From: Saccostrea cucullata
Taxonomy: Eukaryota
Reading direction: 5' to 3'
DNA: 64,000 nt
Assembly: GCF_032062105.1 (NCBI RefSeq)
Contig: NW_026927071.1
Span: 186,001 to 250,000, forward strand
Of this stretch, positions 63,947 to 64,000 are shown in pieces. The position numbers and the translations under genes were made by a program. Position 1 is the first letter of the stretch; every line of letters starts with the position of its first letter. The notes under the pieces were generated by a model. It was not told the origin of the DNA. It made no database searches and saw only the letters and a list, made by a program, of their open reading frames with translations.

Positions 63947-64000
<54 letters not shown>
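63947..64000 (+). mobile_element. 5' end of a Helentron/Helitron-type non-autonomous element (runs off the window)
   Basis: tttttagctcacctgagccgaaggctcaagtgagcttttctgatc, a hairpin-forming terminus typical of oyster satellite-carrying HINEs. Confidence 0.75.

Overview
AT-rich, intron-containing animal genomic DNA. The repeat families look like those of a bivalve mollusc, probably an oyster (inferred). I rebuilt five intact-looking genes by hand from splice sites and reading frames: an intronless EF-hand SCP-like gene (+, 1090-1734), a 10-exon Delta/Serrate-like membrane protein with three tandem DSL-like modules and 15 EGF repeats (-, 5919-14757), AMDHD1 (+, 18135-24291), CFAP100/CCDC37 (-, 25269-34237) and RPP30 (+, 34597-46241). 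A tandem family of secreted 'short-chain collagen C4-like' genes follows (one intact copy, two pseudogenes), created by a segmental duplication that also copied the last RPP30 exon. Main observations: (1) two paralogous 157-nt exons in CFAP100 that the reading frame forces to be mutually exclusive; (2) an atypical multi-DSL Notch-ligand-like gene whose membrane form needs a GC donor, while a GT donor 4 nt away would give a truncated form; (3) a U12-type intron in RPP30; (4) a 4.4-kb P-like element with a 7-bp TSD and THAP relic in RPP30 intron 1, next to a very compact CFAP100/RPP30 bidirectional promoter; (5) two minisatellites seeded at exon/intron junctions; (6) several nested transposon stacks, one carrying a tRNA-like Pol III cassette. 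All coordinates were read manually and no database searches were run.
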